Shown here: one piece after another, positions 19,410-31,350 of the stretch | Layout: each line of letters begins with the position of its first letter | Numbering within the stretch: the stretch's first letter is position 1 | Assembly: GCA_038496445.1 (NCBI GenBank) | Contig: JALMLS010000168.1 | Span: 1-64,000, forward strand | Origin: Trichosphaerium sp. ATCC 40318 | Taxonomy: Eukaryota > Protista > Tubulinea | DNA: 64,000 nt | Reading direction: 5' to 3' | Made by a program: the position numbers and the translations under genes | The notes under the pieces: model-generated | The model's input: the letters and a program-made list of their open reading frames with translations, nothing else | The model's database searches: none | What the model was told of the DNA's origin: nothing

Positions 19410-19855
19410 TTAAACAATAATAATAACAGTGTAAATAAAATTGATACATTATGCAAAAAAAAGCGTCGCCGACACAAAAAAGCATTCAGCGCGCGTAGGA
19501 GAAAACTATCAGTAACGTACGGAAGTTACAGTTTTTACCATGGCCTTTTCAGGTTACATTGGAATCGTAACCACTTCCTTACAGTGCTACCTCTTTTTTT
19601 ACAACTCAGAACTTTGTTTGTGTATCAACAAACGTCTTGCCTTCTCTAGAATACCTCACGGTGAGACGTGGTTTTAATGTGCAGTAGCCAAAGTACTAAA
19701 AATGAACTGTACAAATATGTAACTGTCTGTTTTGGAGATTTTTTGTCTACCTCTTATCATCGAGTCTACAAAAAAAACCAGAAGAGTTTGGTTTATGATA
19801 CAAGTGCATTTATTTACATTTTAGTTTACAAGAAGAATGTTAGAGTGAAGCAGAG

Positions 19856-20269
19856 TTATTTTTGTTGGCGCCTAGATCTTTTCGCTTGAAGGTGTCTTGT
19901 GAAGGCAGAGGCTTTAGTAGCTTCTTTTACAGTTGATTTTGCTTCTTTTACTGTGTTCGCCGCCTTCTTAAAGGAGTATTGACGTAACTTCTTCAATTTT
20001 GCGAGTTTTGCATTAAACTGCTCTATCGTTATCTGGTGCCTCTTCGGCGTCTTTAGTGCCGTAGGATGACCTGGCTTTGGTTTTGGCGCGCTGTTTTGCC
20101 GCTGGCAGTCTGTTTTGTTAATCGCCGCCTCCGCTTCGCGCCGTGCGTTCTCTCCCTGTTGTGCTTGAGCTCGAGCCAGAATGTAAGCTCTTCCGCGTCG
20201 TGGACGTTGTCGTTGTCCTGTAATTGCCGATCGGATGGAGCCAAGAGTTGCAACAATAAATTTAAGCAT
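19856..20269 (-). CDS. Hypothetical basic Lys/Ala/Arg-rich protein (intronless)
   Basis: 137-aa ORF starting with ATG, locally raised GC and an AT-rich region downstream. No family recognised. Confidence 0.5.
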   Translation of the reverse strand: MLKFIVATLGSIRSAITGQRQRPRRGRAYILARAQAQQGENARREAEAAINKTDCQRQNSAPKPKPGHPTALKTPKRHQITIEQFNAKLAKLKKLRQYSFKKAANTVKEAKSTVKEATKASAFTRHLQAKRSRRQQK

Positions 20270-22223
20270 TTGAGGGCGTGTTGGGGTACTTTTAGAGTAT
20301 TACTAACCATGACTGTTCCTTATACAAGAAAACTGCCCAAAATATAAACTCTGTCACTTTTATCGAACTGTAGAATACCCATAAACAACGTTCTACTTGT
20401 GTATCATACATTCCGTGCGTTTGCTTCTTGGGAAACTGAGTTGGAGGTCATTTGTATACAAAACTGTCAGTTAACGCCTAAATATTGTTTAGAAAGTGCA
20501 CTAGAACGCTTGTGCATACAATACCTTTGTAGTTTCCTACAATGCAGTATCTAAATTTAACGTGTAGCGTGCAACAAGCTTATACCTACGCGAAAAGAGC
20601 ATTAAACGAACTAGTACATGTTGACACAAAACTATATGACGTACTTTGCACTGTCAAGTAAATCTTCGCCCAAAATGAACATTGTGTTGCTTTGACGCTC
20701 AACAGGATTTTGCTCCAAACCGCACCACATCCCACAGAAATTTCTAATTGCTCGAAGCAACTGACATTTCATGTAGAGCGTGGAATATGATGTGTTTGCA
20801 GCAATTTGGTCGAGGTCTTGCGTTATTATTAATCATTTCCTTAGGACAGACAATGGTGCTTGGTGTATTCTTCACGCGCATTATCTATGTAGCGAGAGTA
20901 AGCACCACGAAAGTGAATAAAAATGTAGTTTTAAGATCTGGGTGTACAAAAGCGCAATTTACGACGTATGAGTGCATTTTTTAATATCCAAAGACTGTTT
21001 TTGTTTCGTGCGCTGCAAATAGAACGTTTACAGGAGTTTTGATCAAAAACTGTAAATTTAATTAATTCTGGATAGGTACCGATCGTGTTTGAAAGTTGCC
21101 AATGTATCAGCGCGTGAAAGTAAACGCTCTCAACGCTGTGTCAGCGATTTTCAATTTTCTAGGTTAAAACGGTCTTCATCTTCGGCTCTTAGTAATTATT
21201 TGAGCTCTAAATAGCGTTTTAGACGACACAAACTAAAAAAGTATATCCTCTTCCTCCAAGCCTTTCCAATGGGTAGAGAGATTGATATGATGCTACTTAC
21301 CACGTTTTCGAACTGATAAATTCATCACGACTGCCTTTGTTTTCCTACTAACCCAAGACAGCTGTTACTACCTCGCTTGATAATTGAGGTTAAAAATAAC
21401 GACGTACTGCAAGTCTAGTCGCAGTACCGTGAGTTTTAACTTAAAACACTTTAAGCCAATCTTTAAAGGCTTATGGGAGCGTCGGTGAACTTACCCAGGC
21501 ACCACAAACTCGAGCCCGCAGTATTGTACCAACCACAACCCACCGCATCAACCGTTGTACGAAATACGCTACAAGACGCCGTTGCTTTGTCTCAAGTTAA
21601 ATAATAAACCAGAACAGACCATTTTTGCAAAGATTGTTTAGGAAATGAAGCTTGACATTGCATACGAAGATGACAGTGCGTTTATACTAGAAAAGTACTT
21701 TTTACGATCAAAAACGTTGACAAATGGTAATTGTAAAAAGTACTTATATTTGTTAAAAATCTGTCATTTGTCTTGTTGCGTGCCATTACGAATCGTGGCG
21801 AACTGTGTTTAGATGTTCTACAATGTGGGCAAATTCGACTAGAAAAAGAAAAGTCGTGTTTTGACTTTGGACAGGTGCTCACAGGATTAGCGACGTTGAC
21901 TCATTTGACCTTTCTAAATCTTTGGCAAAGGTAAGTGAGTGCTTGCCGAGTTTACGATTGCTTTGTAACATTGACCACTATTTCTGGAAAGCGAATTCCA
22001 TGAGATTGAAGTACCCTTTGGCGCTTGATGAGATTCGTTTCTAGCTATCTTTTTTGTAGTCTGCGTGATTTATTTACGTACTTAGTACATGCAATGAGCC
22101 ACAGCGGTCGTAACAGAGGTGCAAACGTTAGCGTTATATATGAGTGGACCAAAAAAAAAAAGATCTTTTAAATATGAAAGTACTTCCTTTTGTTAAATAC
22201 AGGTATGTTTTATAAGGGTTTAG

Positions 22224-22955
22224 TTACGTGAAGAAGGGTTTTACATCGAATCTGCACGTTCTCTTACAGGTTTTAAAGGACGACTCGGTCTTCTAATCCC
22301 TTTACCACGTGTTCTCTTCCACTTTAGAACAAATTTTGCCGGTTCGAAACTATTTCAAAATAATTAGTTATAAAATACTTGTTAAATACCTCAACGCACC
22401 CCTTATGCTTAATACTATACTTTTGCGTGAATCCTCCCGGTAGCACCCATTTACTAGGATACTCTACAGCGAAACCTAGTACACGCTTCTCCTATAATAC
22501 AGTAAATAAACGTGAAACCGTTTATTTTTTTGGCTTGCTTTTTGGTTTTTTTTTCACGTTATTTCATAAAAATCACGTGCCTTCCTAGTAACGCTCAACT
22601 TCGCGAATGCACTCTTATCAATCCAATGAACGTCATAAAAATACACTTGAAGTCTTTTTTTCATCTTAATTTCACCTGTATACACGGTGTCCCCTTCACA
22701 TGAAAAAGTAAATACAACAGGTTTTTTAGTGTTTGATACTTTGTAAATTAGACAAACACCAAACTCTCTTCCCTTGTCATAAGAAAGCTTACCTAGCTTT
22801 AAAGTAAATTCATAGGGCTCTTCCGCAGCTGATAAACGAAGATCTGTAGTGGTAGATGGTGCAATATCGTCCGGTATGCCTGCGCAACAATCTAATGTTA
22901 TACATACACGTTGTGATGAACTAGAAAAACTGTGGCCTCTTCTTCTTCTTGACAT
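22224..22955 (-). CDS. Hypothetical protein, multi-exon
   Basis: MSRRRRGHSF...EEPYEFTLKL / PVVFTFSCEGDTVY / EKRVLGFAVEYPSKWVLPGGF / FEPAKFVLKWKR, separated by intron-like segments, one with a GC donor. The stop position depends on the splice phase. Confidence 0.55.
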
Positions 22956-23679
22956 TGCTCTCGATATGCTCTGTTTAGTTTCGGAACAAAATGATCCAAT
23001 TGGCTTAATTATAAACGTCAAAAAAACATGACGTTTTGATCACGTGATAGTTTTTTTGTCTGGTAGGCTGTGAAGTGCGCTCTGGAAGCGTTCCGCATGT
23101 TAAGGCATTAAGAGCTCAATGCACTGATTGGTATGTTATACAGTTTACTAGGAGCAGGGCACATAAGTGTGTCAAGCTTATGGTTTGGTGTAATCCTCTT
23201 GGCGCTATTTAGCTATTTATACACAACCGAACCTACAGTTGCACTAGTAGGTGGTATCGCGAATGGTTTTAGCTTAGGAACCCTTCACGCGTCGATTTGA
23301 AGCGCTAGGCGTCAGCTTCAATAAAAAAACCGTTTCTTTACCGCGCTCTGCGTGTTCATTAGTGTAATATCACTTCTATCAAAGCGACTAGTACGTCAGT
23401 AAGCCTATATGTCGCTTTGGAGTGTTTCCGTAATGTGTCGGTTTGCAAAACGTGATTGAGTAATTTTTTTGGGTAAAGCGTTATTTGTGCGTTAATGTCG
23501 TCCATTTATCTATTATACGCGTACGCCTACACATTTCTAGTTCTCAAGCAGGTTTCGAGTGCTTTAAAGCTATTTCGTAAAATCGTTCGTTTCGTTGCTT
23601 TGCCTTTTGGGAAACGTGAAGGTAGTATTAAAACAACCGATTAGCGGCGTAGTTAGATGAATGAAGTTGGCGCGTTCTT

Positions 23680-24457
23680 GTGATGTTTGGTCCTTTTGTG
23701 GATAGCACCTATCCAGTGCGGACCGGACGCTGTACACTTAGAAATATGCTTGGGAGTTAGCATATACCATGTACAATGTATGTAATGCAGTAATAATTTT
23801 TAACGGTGACACAAATGGAATTCGGTTGTTGCACTGTTCCAAAGCCTTTATATGTATTTATTGAGCGTATATAAACGCAACAGAGGTTCTGGCGTTGACA
23901 TTCAAGCGTTTTTGGTGACTTTAAAAGGTGTTAAAGAGAGTACTCAGTTCAACATGAACCAATTTGAAAACAGTTGCACAACAGTTATCACCGTTGGCAT
24001 GGTTATGCTGTTGTAGGTTTTAGTGTAAACTGCATTTTACTCAGCTCAATGTAAACCAATTCGAACCAAAGTCACAACTATCTTAATCACCATGGACAGG
24101 GCTACAGGTATGTTCTATCCCACAATTTATTTTTATTTGAGTTTTAGGTGTATAAAAGAAAACGAATATATCGTGTTATCGTATTTGTAAAAAAGTACCA
24201 TGAGCACTTATCATGTAAAAATTCTGAATTGATCTCAATGCCCAAAATCTGTCTTGGATGCGCCAAAGCTATAATGACCCCTGAAATAACTGACTAAGAC
24301 CGTAACCTGGTAGCCATATCTTTTTGTCAAAATTACATTGTACAAACCTTAACGTTCAACCAACCAAGTCATGAGCACAACTCTATGCTACTTCATTAGC
24401 GCTTTACACAACAACATACCAAAATAATTCTCATTATTTTCTTACTTCAATAGTTGT
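23680..24457 (+). repeat. Dispersed intergenic element, copy 2 (core about 23929-24327)
   Basis: Direct sequence match to copies 1, 3 and 4. Confidence 0.95.
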
Positions 24458-24902
24458 TTTGAAGAATTACGCGCTTGTGAACAAATGACTCTAGAGAAAT
24501 ATAATTCAATAAAATGCACCATCTTGTATTCCTTCGCGATTATTACATCCTTCAAGAATCAATTGGAAGCCTTTACGAGGAGCTGAAACATCAAGTGTAC
24601 CTATCGTTTATGCCATAGTCTAGATAGTTCGATACATACTGTCAACCTTCTATCTTTGCATAAGTGGGCGTAGTCACAGCAACTTAAAAAAGTGCCGTGC
24701 TCTAACTTAGACTAAATCCCGTATGGTTTTCGAACTCATGGTTCACAGAGTTTCCAGGCGTTTTACTAGAGACATGTCAGTTCGAGCATCAGACCCACTC
24801 TTTTTTCTACGGGTGAATTCAGTATTTTTTCGGCTTTTTTGTAAAACGCCGACGGGCAAACTTAAAAAACTCCGACGCCTCTTCATTTTCCATTCAACAA
24901 CA

Positions 24903-25852
24903 ATGATAGCTGTTACTCATTTTGTTTATTTCTTTTGTGGTATTATTGCAGGCATTGCGTACTTGAAACGAAAGTTTATATACGTTCTGTGTTACTATAT
25001 CTTACAAGTTCTGTGGTTAAAGTACAACAACACTACAAAGGAGGAGTTCACTCTATCTTACATAAAGTCACACGCTATAAAAGGCACGTGTTCTTCTAAA
25101 AATAGGCAGCTATTCAAATACCTGAACATGTCTAACACACGTGTAGGTGATGCTGAGTCTGTTATTAATGCTTTTCATGATTTGGCACATAGTAGCAAAG
25201 GTGAATTACCACGCATACTACTTACAAACGTTGGTAAAATCAAGGCCGACAAAATGACACATACAATACTGGAAGCAAAGTCAAAGTACACGTGAATAGT
25301 GACCATTAACTAAACTTTACTTTTAGACTCATCATCGAGTTTGGTGGGCACACAGGATACTCTGCAATACTCATGGCAAGAGCACTAGAATGTGTACAAG
25401 ACGGACTTATCCTTTCATTTGAAAAGAATCCCAAGTTTGCAGATATTGAGCGACAGATAGTTGAACACGCAGGGTATGCTCTTGTAAAATGTGATAACGA
25501 TGTTGTTTACCCTATCTCCTTCAGGTTATTAGACAAAATAAAGGTAGTAACAGGAGATAGTTCAAGCTGTATAGAGAAATACGTTGCCAAGTATGAGTTA
25601 CATGGTAAAGTCGATGTTGTGTTTCTGGATCATTGGAAAGACAAGTATGTGCCTGATATTAAGAAAGTAGAACAACTTGGATTACTTCATCCTGGTAGCA
25701 TTGTAATAGCAGATAATATTTTATATCCGGGAGCACCAGACTATGAAAATTATATGATCAATAACAGTGACTTTGAAAGCAAGTACTATTTAGATCATAA
25801 TTTTCTTGGAGGAGCTTTTTTAGATGCTATTATGATATCAACATTTAATTGA
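24903..25852 (+). CDS. Catechol O-methyltransferase-like SAM-dependent methyltransferase with N-terminal membrane anchor
   Basis: IIEFGGHTGYSAI (SAM motif I), VDVVFLDHWKDKYVPD, GLLHPGSIVIADNILYPGAPDY. Confidence 0.9.
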
Positions 25853-26125
25853 CTTTGTTGTACAAAGTAAATAATAAACTGAATTGCATGATTCGTATTA
25901 CTGTACACAAGTATGTTGCATAGAACAAAAAATGCGAGGTAACAATAATACGCTCAAAGATTTGGGACTAGAGCCACACCAGTTATAGCTACTGGTCAAG
26001 AATGGAACACTATAATATTACCAGTTCATGGTTATTCATGCTCAACAAATATATATAACCTTTATTATTTGATACACAAACTGTAACTTATATTCAAAGA
26101 GAAAGCCAAAGCTAAATTCTCGTAG

Positions 26126-27403
26126 TCAGACAATGTTTCTCCATTCAAGGAAATGCGTCGGAGACATATCTATTATCACGCCTCTTTTGTTAAGAGCATC
26201 TCTACAGTCGTATGTTATACCATCATAATTCACATAGAGTCTACGCAAGTTAACCAGTGATTCAATAACTTTACTCGAAATACTCGATTCACTAATATCT
26301 ATTTCTCTGACACTATCAGCAATTGGTTCAAGCCACTCATCTGTTGCATATGTACTTGATAAATAAATGGTTTCAACGCCTTTGAGACTCTCCATACATG
26401 TTCCTGTAATATTTCTACAGTGATCTAGGTTGATGTGTTTCACACCAGAGAGTAGAATAATCCAATCATCTGTTGCGTTTGTGTAAGATAAATCAATGGT
26501 TTCAACACCCTTGAGACACTTCATACAAGATGATGTGAGAGATTTACACCCCATCAGGTCAATTAGTTTCACACCAGAGAGTGGAGTAATCCAATCATGT
26601 GTTGCGTTCAAAAAGGCTAAATTAATGTACCTGACACCAACAAGATCTTTCATACATGTTCCAGTTAACCGACATGCAACCAGTTGAATATTTTTTACAC
26701 CCTTCAAGCTTGATACTCCTGAGTCTGTAACGTTACAATTAGTCAAATCTATTGAGTGTACACCAGCCAAGGCTGAGACACCCTTGTCCGTGATTCGTGT
26801 AAGAGACAAATCTATGGTATGTACACCAGCCAATGCTGAAACTCCTTCGTCAGTGATGTGCTTACAGCCATGTAAATAAATACTGTGTATGCCGGCTAAC
26901 ATATACAACACATTGTCAGTAACCTTACAAGTGTCTAGGCTGATTCTTGGTATGCCGACCAACGCTTTAATGCCATCATCTGTTACTTGTGGGAGGTAAT
27001 TCAGTGAGATATATTTGAGGTGTTTTGAAGGTTGGTCTCCACAAAAATTCTTCAACCCATCATCTGTGATGTGCTTGGTCTCAAAAAGTGAGAGCGAGGC
27101 GACACCAGAAAGCATAGCTAGGTCTTCGTCTGTTCCACCTTCCCAAAGCTCAATTTCAGTGTTTTTCAGGAGCGGACTTCCTGAAATGAGCGAACAGCTC
27201 TCGCTGGATTGAACGTAGATTTTATCGTAGCCAACATGATGGTGAATGACGTCTGATAAACGTGTACAGCTTTCAGAAACGAGAAATCGATCAGAACGGC
27301 CAACATACGATAATAAATGAGCGATTATCTCTGTTGGTATGTCTAATAGCGTAGTTTTGTCGCTAGGCTTTAAATGTCTCGTGTTTGCTTCTCTAGAAAG
27401 CAT
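26126..27403 (-). CDS. F-box / leucine-rich-repeat protein (intronless)
   Basis: F-box LLDIPTEIIAHLLSYV followed by about 14 repeats of the type ITDEGVSALAGVHTIDLS. Confidence 0.9.
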   Translation of the reverse strand: MLSREANTRHLKPSDKTTLLDIPTEIIAHLLSYVGRSDRFLVSESCTRLSDVIHHHVGYDKIYVQSSESCSLISGSPLLKNTEIELWEGGTDEDLAMLSGVASLSLFETKHITDDGLKNFCGDQPSKHLKYISLNYLPQVTDDGIKALVGIPRISLDTCKVTDNVLYMLAGIHSIYLHGCKHITDEGVSALAGVHTIDLSLTRITDKGVSALAGVHSIDLTNCNVTDSGVSSLKGVKNIQLVACRLTGTCMKDLVGVRYINLAFLNATHDWITPLSGVKLIDLMGCKSLTSSCMKCLKGVETIDLSYTNATDDWIILLSGVKHINLDHCRNITGTCMESLKGVETIYLSSTYATDEWLEPIADSVREIDISESSISSKVIESLVNLRRLYVNYDGITYDCRDALNKRGVIIDMSPTHFLEWRNIV

Positions 27404-27908
27404 TATGTTGAGGTATTTGGCAATTGCTGTCAACCTTACTTAATAAAACGCACTTAAACAAAATAAGCTACAGCTACACGTGACACATCAACATATCGCA
27501 ACACAGTGTACTTATGAAAATAGCGGTAGGGTGTCTATCAAAAAAGCTTTCTGATACGCTACACGTGACAAATTCAATTTCAACAAAGATAAAAGTGGCT
27601 TGTTACTTTATTAAACATATGTACTCCACGTGTGAAGCTCATGTTTCTCGCTTACTTTGTGTTATTATTAGCGTATTCGTTTGTTAGAAACCTTTATTGC
27701 ATTCTTCTACATCTGTTATACGTATTGCAAGGGAGAAGAAGCTCTTGTTAAAGCAAGGTGAGAAAGCTGAAACAAGTGTCCTCACAACATTTTATTTACA
27801 GTTTTGGTACAGGGGCCATACAACAAAAGACAAATATGTAACTTTTACAGTAGCTTCCTAACAGTTTAGGATTGAGCCATTTGAATAAACCGTTGCTCTA
27901 GGTTTGTT

Positions 27909-29189
27909 TTAAGCACTATCAGCAACAATATTATCTATGAATCCATGAAAATTACAAGAAGCCACAAGCAGCAAGATGTCCACATCAACTTCAGGTCCAC
28001 AGAAATCGGCCTCTTCTTCTCCTCCACTATCTTCATTACAACGAAGTGTTAGGATGTTACTTATAATAAACGGACGCCAATTACTAACTCCTGAGAGGCA
28101 AGCAAAGTTAGTAATTACAGCAAAAGACTGGGACAAATCCTCTTGGCAATGAGGTTGTGGACTTACCTGTGATGATACCTAGTTCTCCTAGTTGTGCAAC
28201 AAAAGCAAGGGTTCCTGTTTGATTTCTTTCTTCAAAGTAAGCGCATTTGTTCTGGGCTGTTCCATCAATGAAACACTTTACAAAACGTCCAGCTGGCATT
28301 TGTGTATCCGACAAATTTGTAGTTGTCCATCCACTACACTTTTTAGCTGCCATTCTTAACGCCTCTGCAAAGGCCTTTACACTATCCATTGAACATGCAA
28401 CCACTTGATCGCCCAAGTAGTTTGGTACACCAATAGTATCTTCATTAAATTTGTCAAATAAACGTGACACAAATGTTGACATATCTCCTTCAAATACAGA
28501 GTATAGCTTTTCCCAGTTGATTTTAAATGGCTTATACTTTGCAAGCTCTCCAGAGATTAGTGCCTCAGCTTTCGCTTTTGCCAACGGAAAATCTGATAAC
28601 AGTGTTGTGAGGAGAAGTGAAATACGATCTCTTGGAAGTGATGCAATTTTATCCTCCAGAGACATATTCGCTGTATCAGGTTCACCAAATGCCATAGGCT
28701 CTGATACATCTTCGTAAGCTACCCTTAATGATATCGTGAGCTATGAAGAAGAACACCGGAGTGAGAAAACGTACGTTTCACCAATAGATACAAAATGATT
28801 CGAAGAAACACTCGCAAATACTTGTATTGTAGACCAGTCAGTATGACTATCGAGATATCCTCTAGCACCATCTGAATAGTATAAACTTTGAGAGTCATAA
28901 GCCAGTAGAATCATCTCAGGTCTTTCAGAAATTTAGTCAGTTTTCGCTTGTTTTGTGCTGGTAAAGACTTACCCGAGTATTTCATCTTGTCTTACTTGTC
29001 GAAAGTATGCAGTGCTTTTATTTGTATTACTATACTACAACAATGGTTAGTGTTGGTGAGGTTTTCATGAAAAATGGACACCTTAGACACAATTTCTTCG
29101 ATAGTACCGTTTTCGGATACTTCTACGCGTGGAAACCTTTGTGGGTTGATTTTGGTGTATTGTGTTGCTTTCTTGCGTGGTTCTTCCAT
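27909..29189 (-). CDS. MIF4G-like helical domain protein, multi-exon
   Basis: The C-terminal VSRLFDKF...GTLAFVAQLGELGIITG / VSNWRPFIISNIL...PEVDVDILLL resembles MIF4G helices. An intron GTAAGT...TACTAAC...CTCAG joins the two ORFs in the track. Confidence 0.55.
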
Positions 29190-29749
29190 TTAGCGCCTTT
29201 ATTTACTACCAGTGCTTTTAAGTGGTATTTGACGTGCTATTTATTGCCAATACAAACAGTACGAACGAAGTTGACGAAACCTGGTTGGGTTTTAAAAATG
29301 GTTGGCAACCATTTTTTTTTTCAACAAAACTTCAAATCGTTTGACATACAACCCGCCTGTGAGAAATAGTACAGTAGTGTATGTGCTTTGATCGTACCGT
29401 AAGTTGTTTGGTACCTGATTATGCGTGCTTTCTGACAGAGTTACTCACTAAAAAAGCACTTATGGCTTTGTTTTTGTGGGGAATTTGTAAACACGGATGA
29501 TAGTTAAAGAGCTTGTAGAATTTCCATGTAATATGTTCCTACCGCTTAATATGTCATGCGACACCACTCCGTTAATGTGTCATGCGATACTTACAAACAG
29601 CGTCAAGTGTTATAAGATTGTGAAGCTATTTTAAGATGCCGCTTTAATAAAAAATAGAGTTCAAAGGCTGCCTTAACTGTTTTTACCGTAAACAGTGATG
29701 AAAACTCTTGTTTACCGTAAAACGTTTCGCTGAATGAGTAAGCTAAATT

Positions 29750-30782
29750 GGAATACCAAGTAGCTTTGTCTACTTGCACTGTATGAGTAAAACCAAAGAA
29801 TGAAATTTCGTTTTGATATACATATCACTCACATTTGCTCTGTTCTGTAAAACGTGTTTGTCAGTCAGTACCACAACCAAATAATAGGAATTAGTGCATA
29901 ATATACTATATTAAGTACTTTGAAGCGTTTTGGTGACATGTCGGTTCAAAAAACGTGGTTGAACAGTTTTTTTTTCTGAAACAAGAGATATGTTGTGAGA
30001 TTATATCTTTTTGTGGATATCCTGTATCCGTTGAGAAACCGACGCAATATGCATAGAAATACGGTCAATAGTTCATACGTACCATGTTCAACGTGTTAAA
30101 CACAAAAATAATTTTAAACAGTTGACACAAATGGAATTTGGTTATTGCGCTGTTCCAAAGCCTTTGTATCTATTTATTGAGCGTATTTAAACACAATAAA
30201 GTACCTAGCGTTGACACTCAAACGTTATAACATACTTTAAAGCGTTTTTGATGACTTTAAAAGGTGTTCAATAGAGTACTCAGTTCAACATGAACCAATT
30301 TGAAAAACAGTTGCACAACAGTTATCACTGTTGGCATGGTTATGCTGTTGTAGGTTTTAGTGTAAACTGCATTTTACTCAGCTCAATGTAAACCAATTCG
30401 AACCAAAGTCACAACTATCTGAATCACCATGGATAGGGCTACAGGTATGTTCTATCCCACAATTTATTTTTATTTGAGTTTTAGGTGTATAAAAGAAAAC
30501 GAATATATCGTGTTATCGTATTTGTAAAAAAGTACCATGAGCACTTATCATGTAAAAATTCTGAAATGATCTCAATGCCCAAAATCTGTCTTGGATGCAC
30601 CAAAGCTATAATGACCCCTGAAATAACTGACTAAGACCGTAACCTGGTAGCCATATCTTTTTGTCAAAATTGCATTGTACAAATACCTGACAGCACGCTG
30701 TGCTTCATCCAATAATGCAGTCTATAACGATAGCACTTGCGCGACTGTAATCGCAACAAATCTCATTATTTTCTTATTTACG
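29750..30782 (+). repeat. Dispersed intergenic element, copy 3 (core about 30264-30664)
   Basis: Matches the other copies and shares a longer left arm with copy 4. Confidence 0.95.
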
Positions 30783-31350
30783 AAGCATGTTGGTAGACAA
30801 ATGATGAAAACCCGCAGTGGCGTAGAACGGCAGCCCTGTAAAATGTCACTTTACAATAAGGAGTTGGTCTAGTAGAATAGATATACTCTTGGCTGCTTAC
30901 CATTTGCTCTGAACTTGCTATAACAAACTAAAAGAAAAATAAACTTGTAATGTAGTATAAGGTTTGTGATAGCTACACTGACTACATGTCCTAGCCTAAT
31001 ACTACAAATTCTGCTTCAATATGACATTTTTAAACAGTATGCCATTTCTGCTTAGTGCATTAAATAGACTGACTTGTTGCACTTCTTGTTTAGAAGCATG
31101 CAACAAAAAATTTCGAGAATTCACGAGAAATACCTTTCGGGAATGTTGGGCAAAAAAAACTACACAAAAGTCGCTCTTTCTGTGATTTCAGGCGTTATTA
31201 ATTTGCTTTTTCGGGTTTACACCATATAACGTTACTACTATATTTAACGTTAGAAACTACTGCGTACAAATTTTTGGCGGTTTGTATCACGTGATACAGT
31301 ATTTTTATTTCAAGATAAACGTAACATAAAAACAAGGTTCGCAGTATATA

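Noticed and set aside
21682-21882. CPxxxH...CPHC zinc-ribbon-like ORF
   Set aside because: Short, non-ATG start and no supporting exons found.
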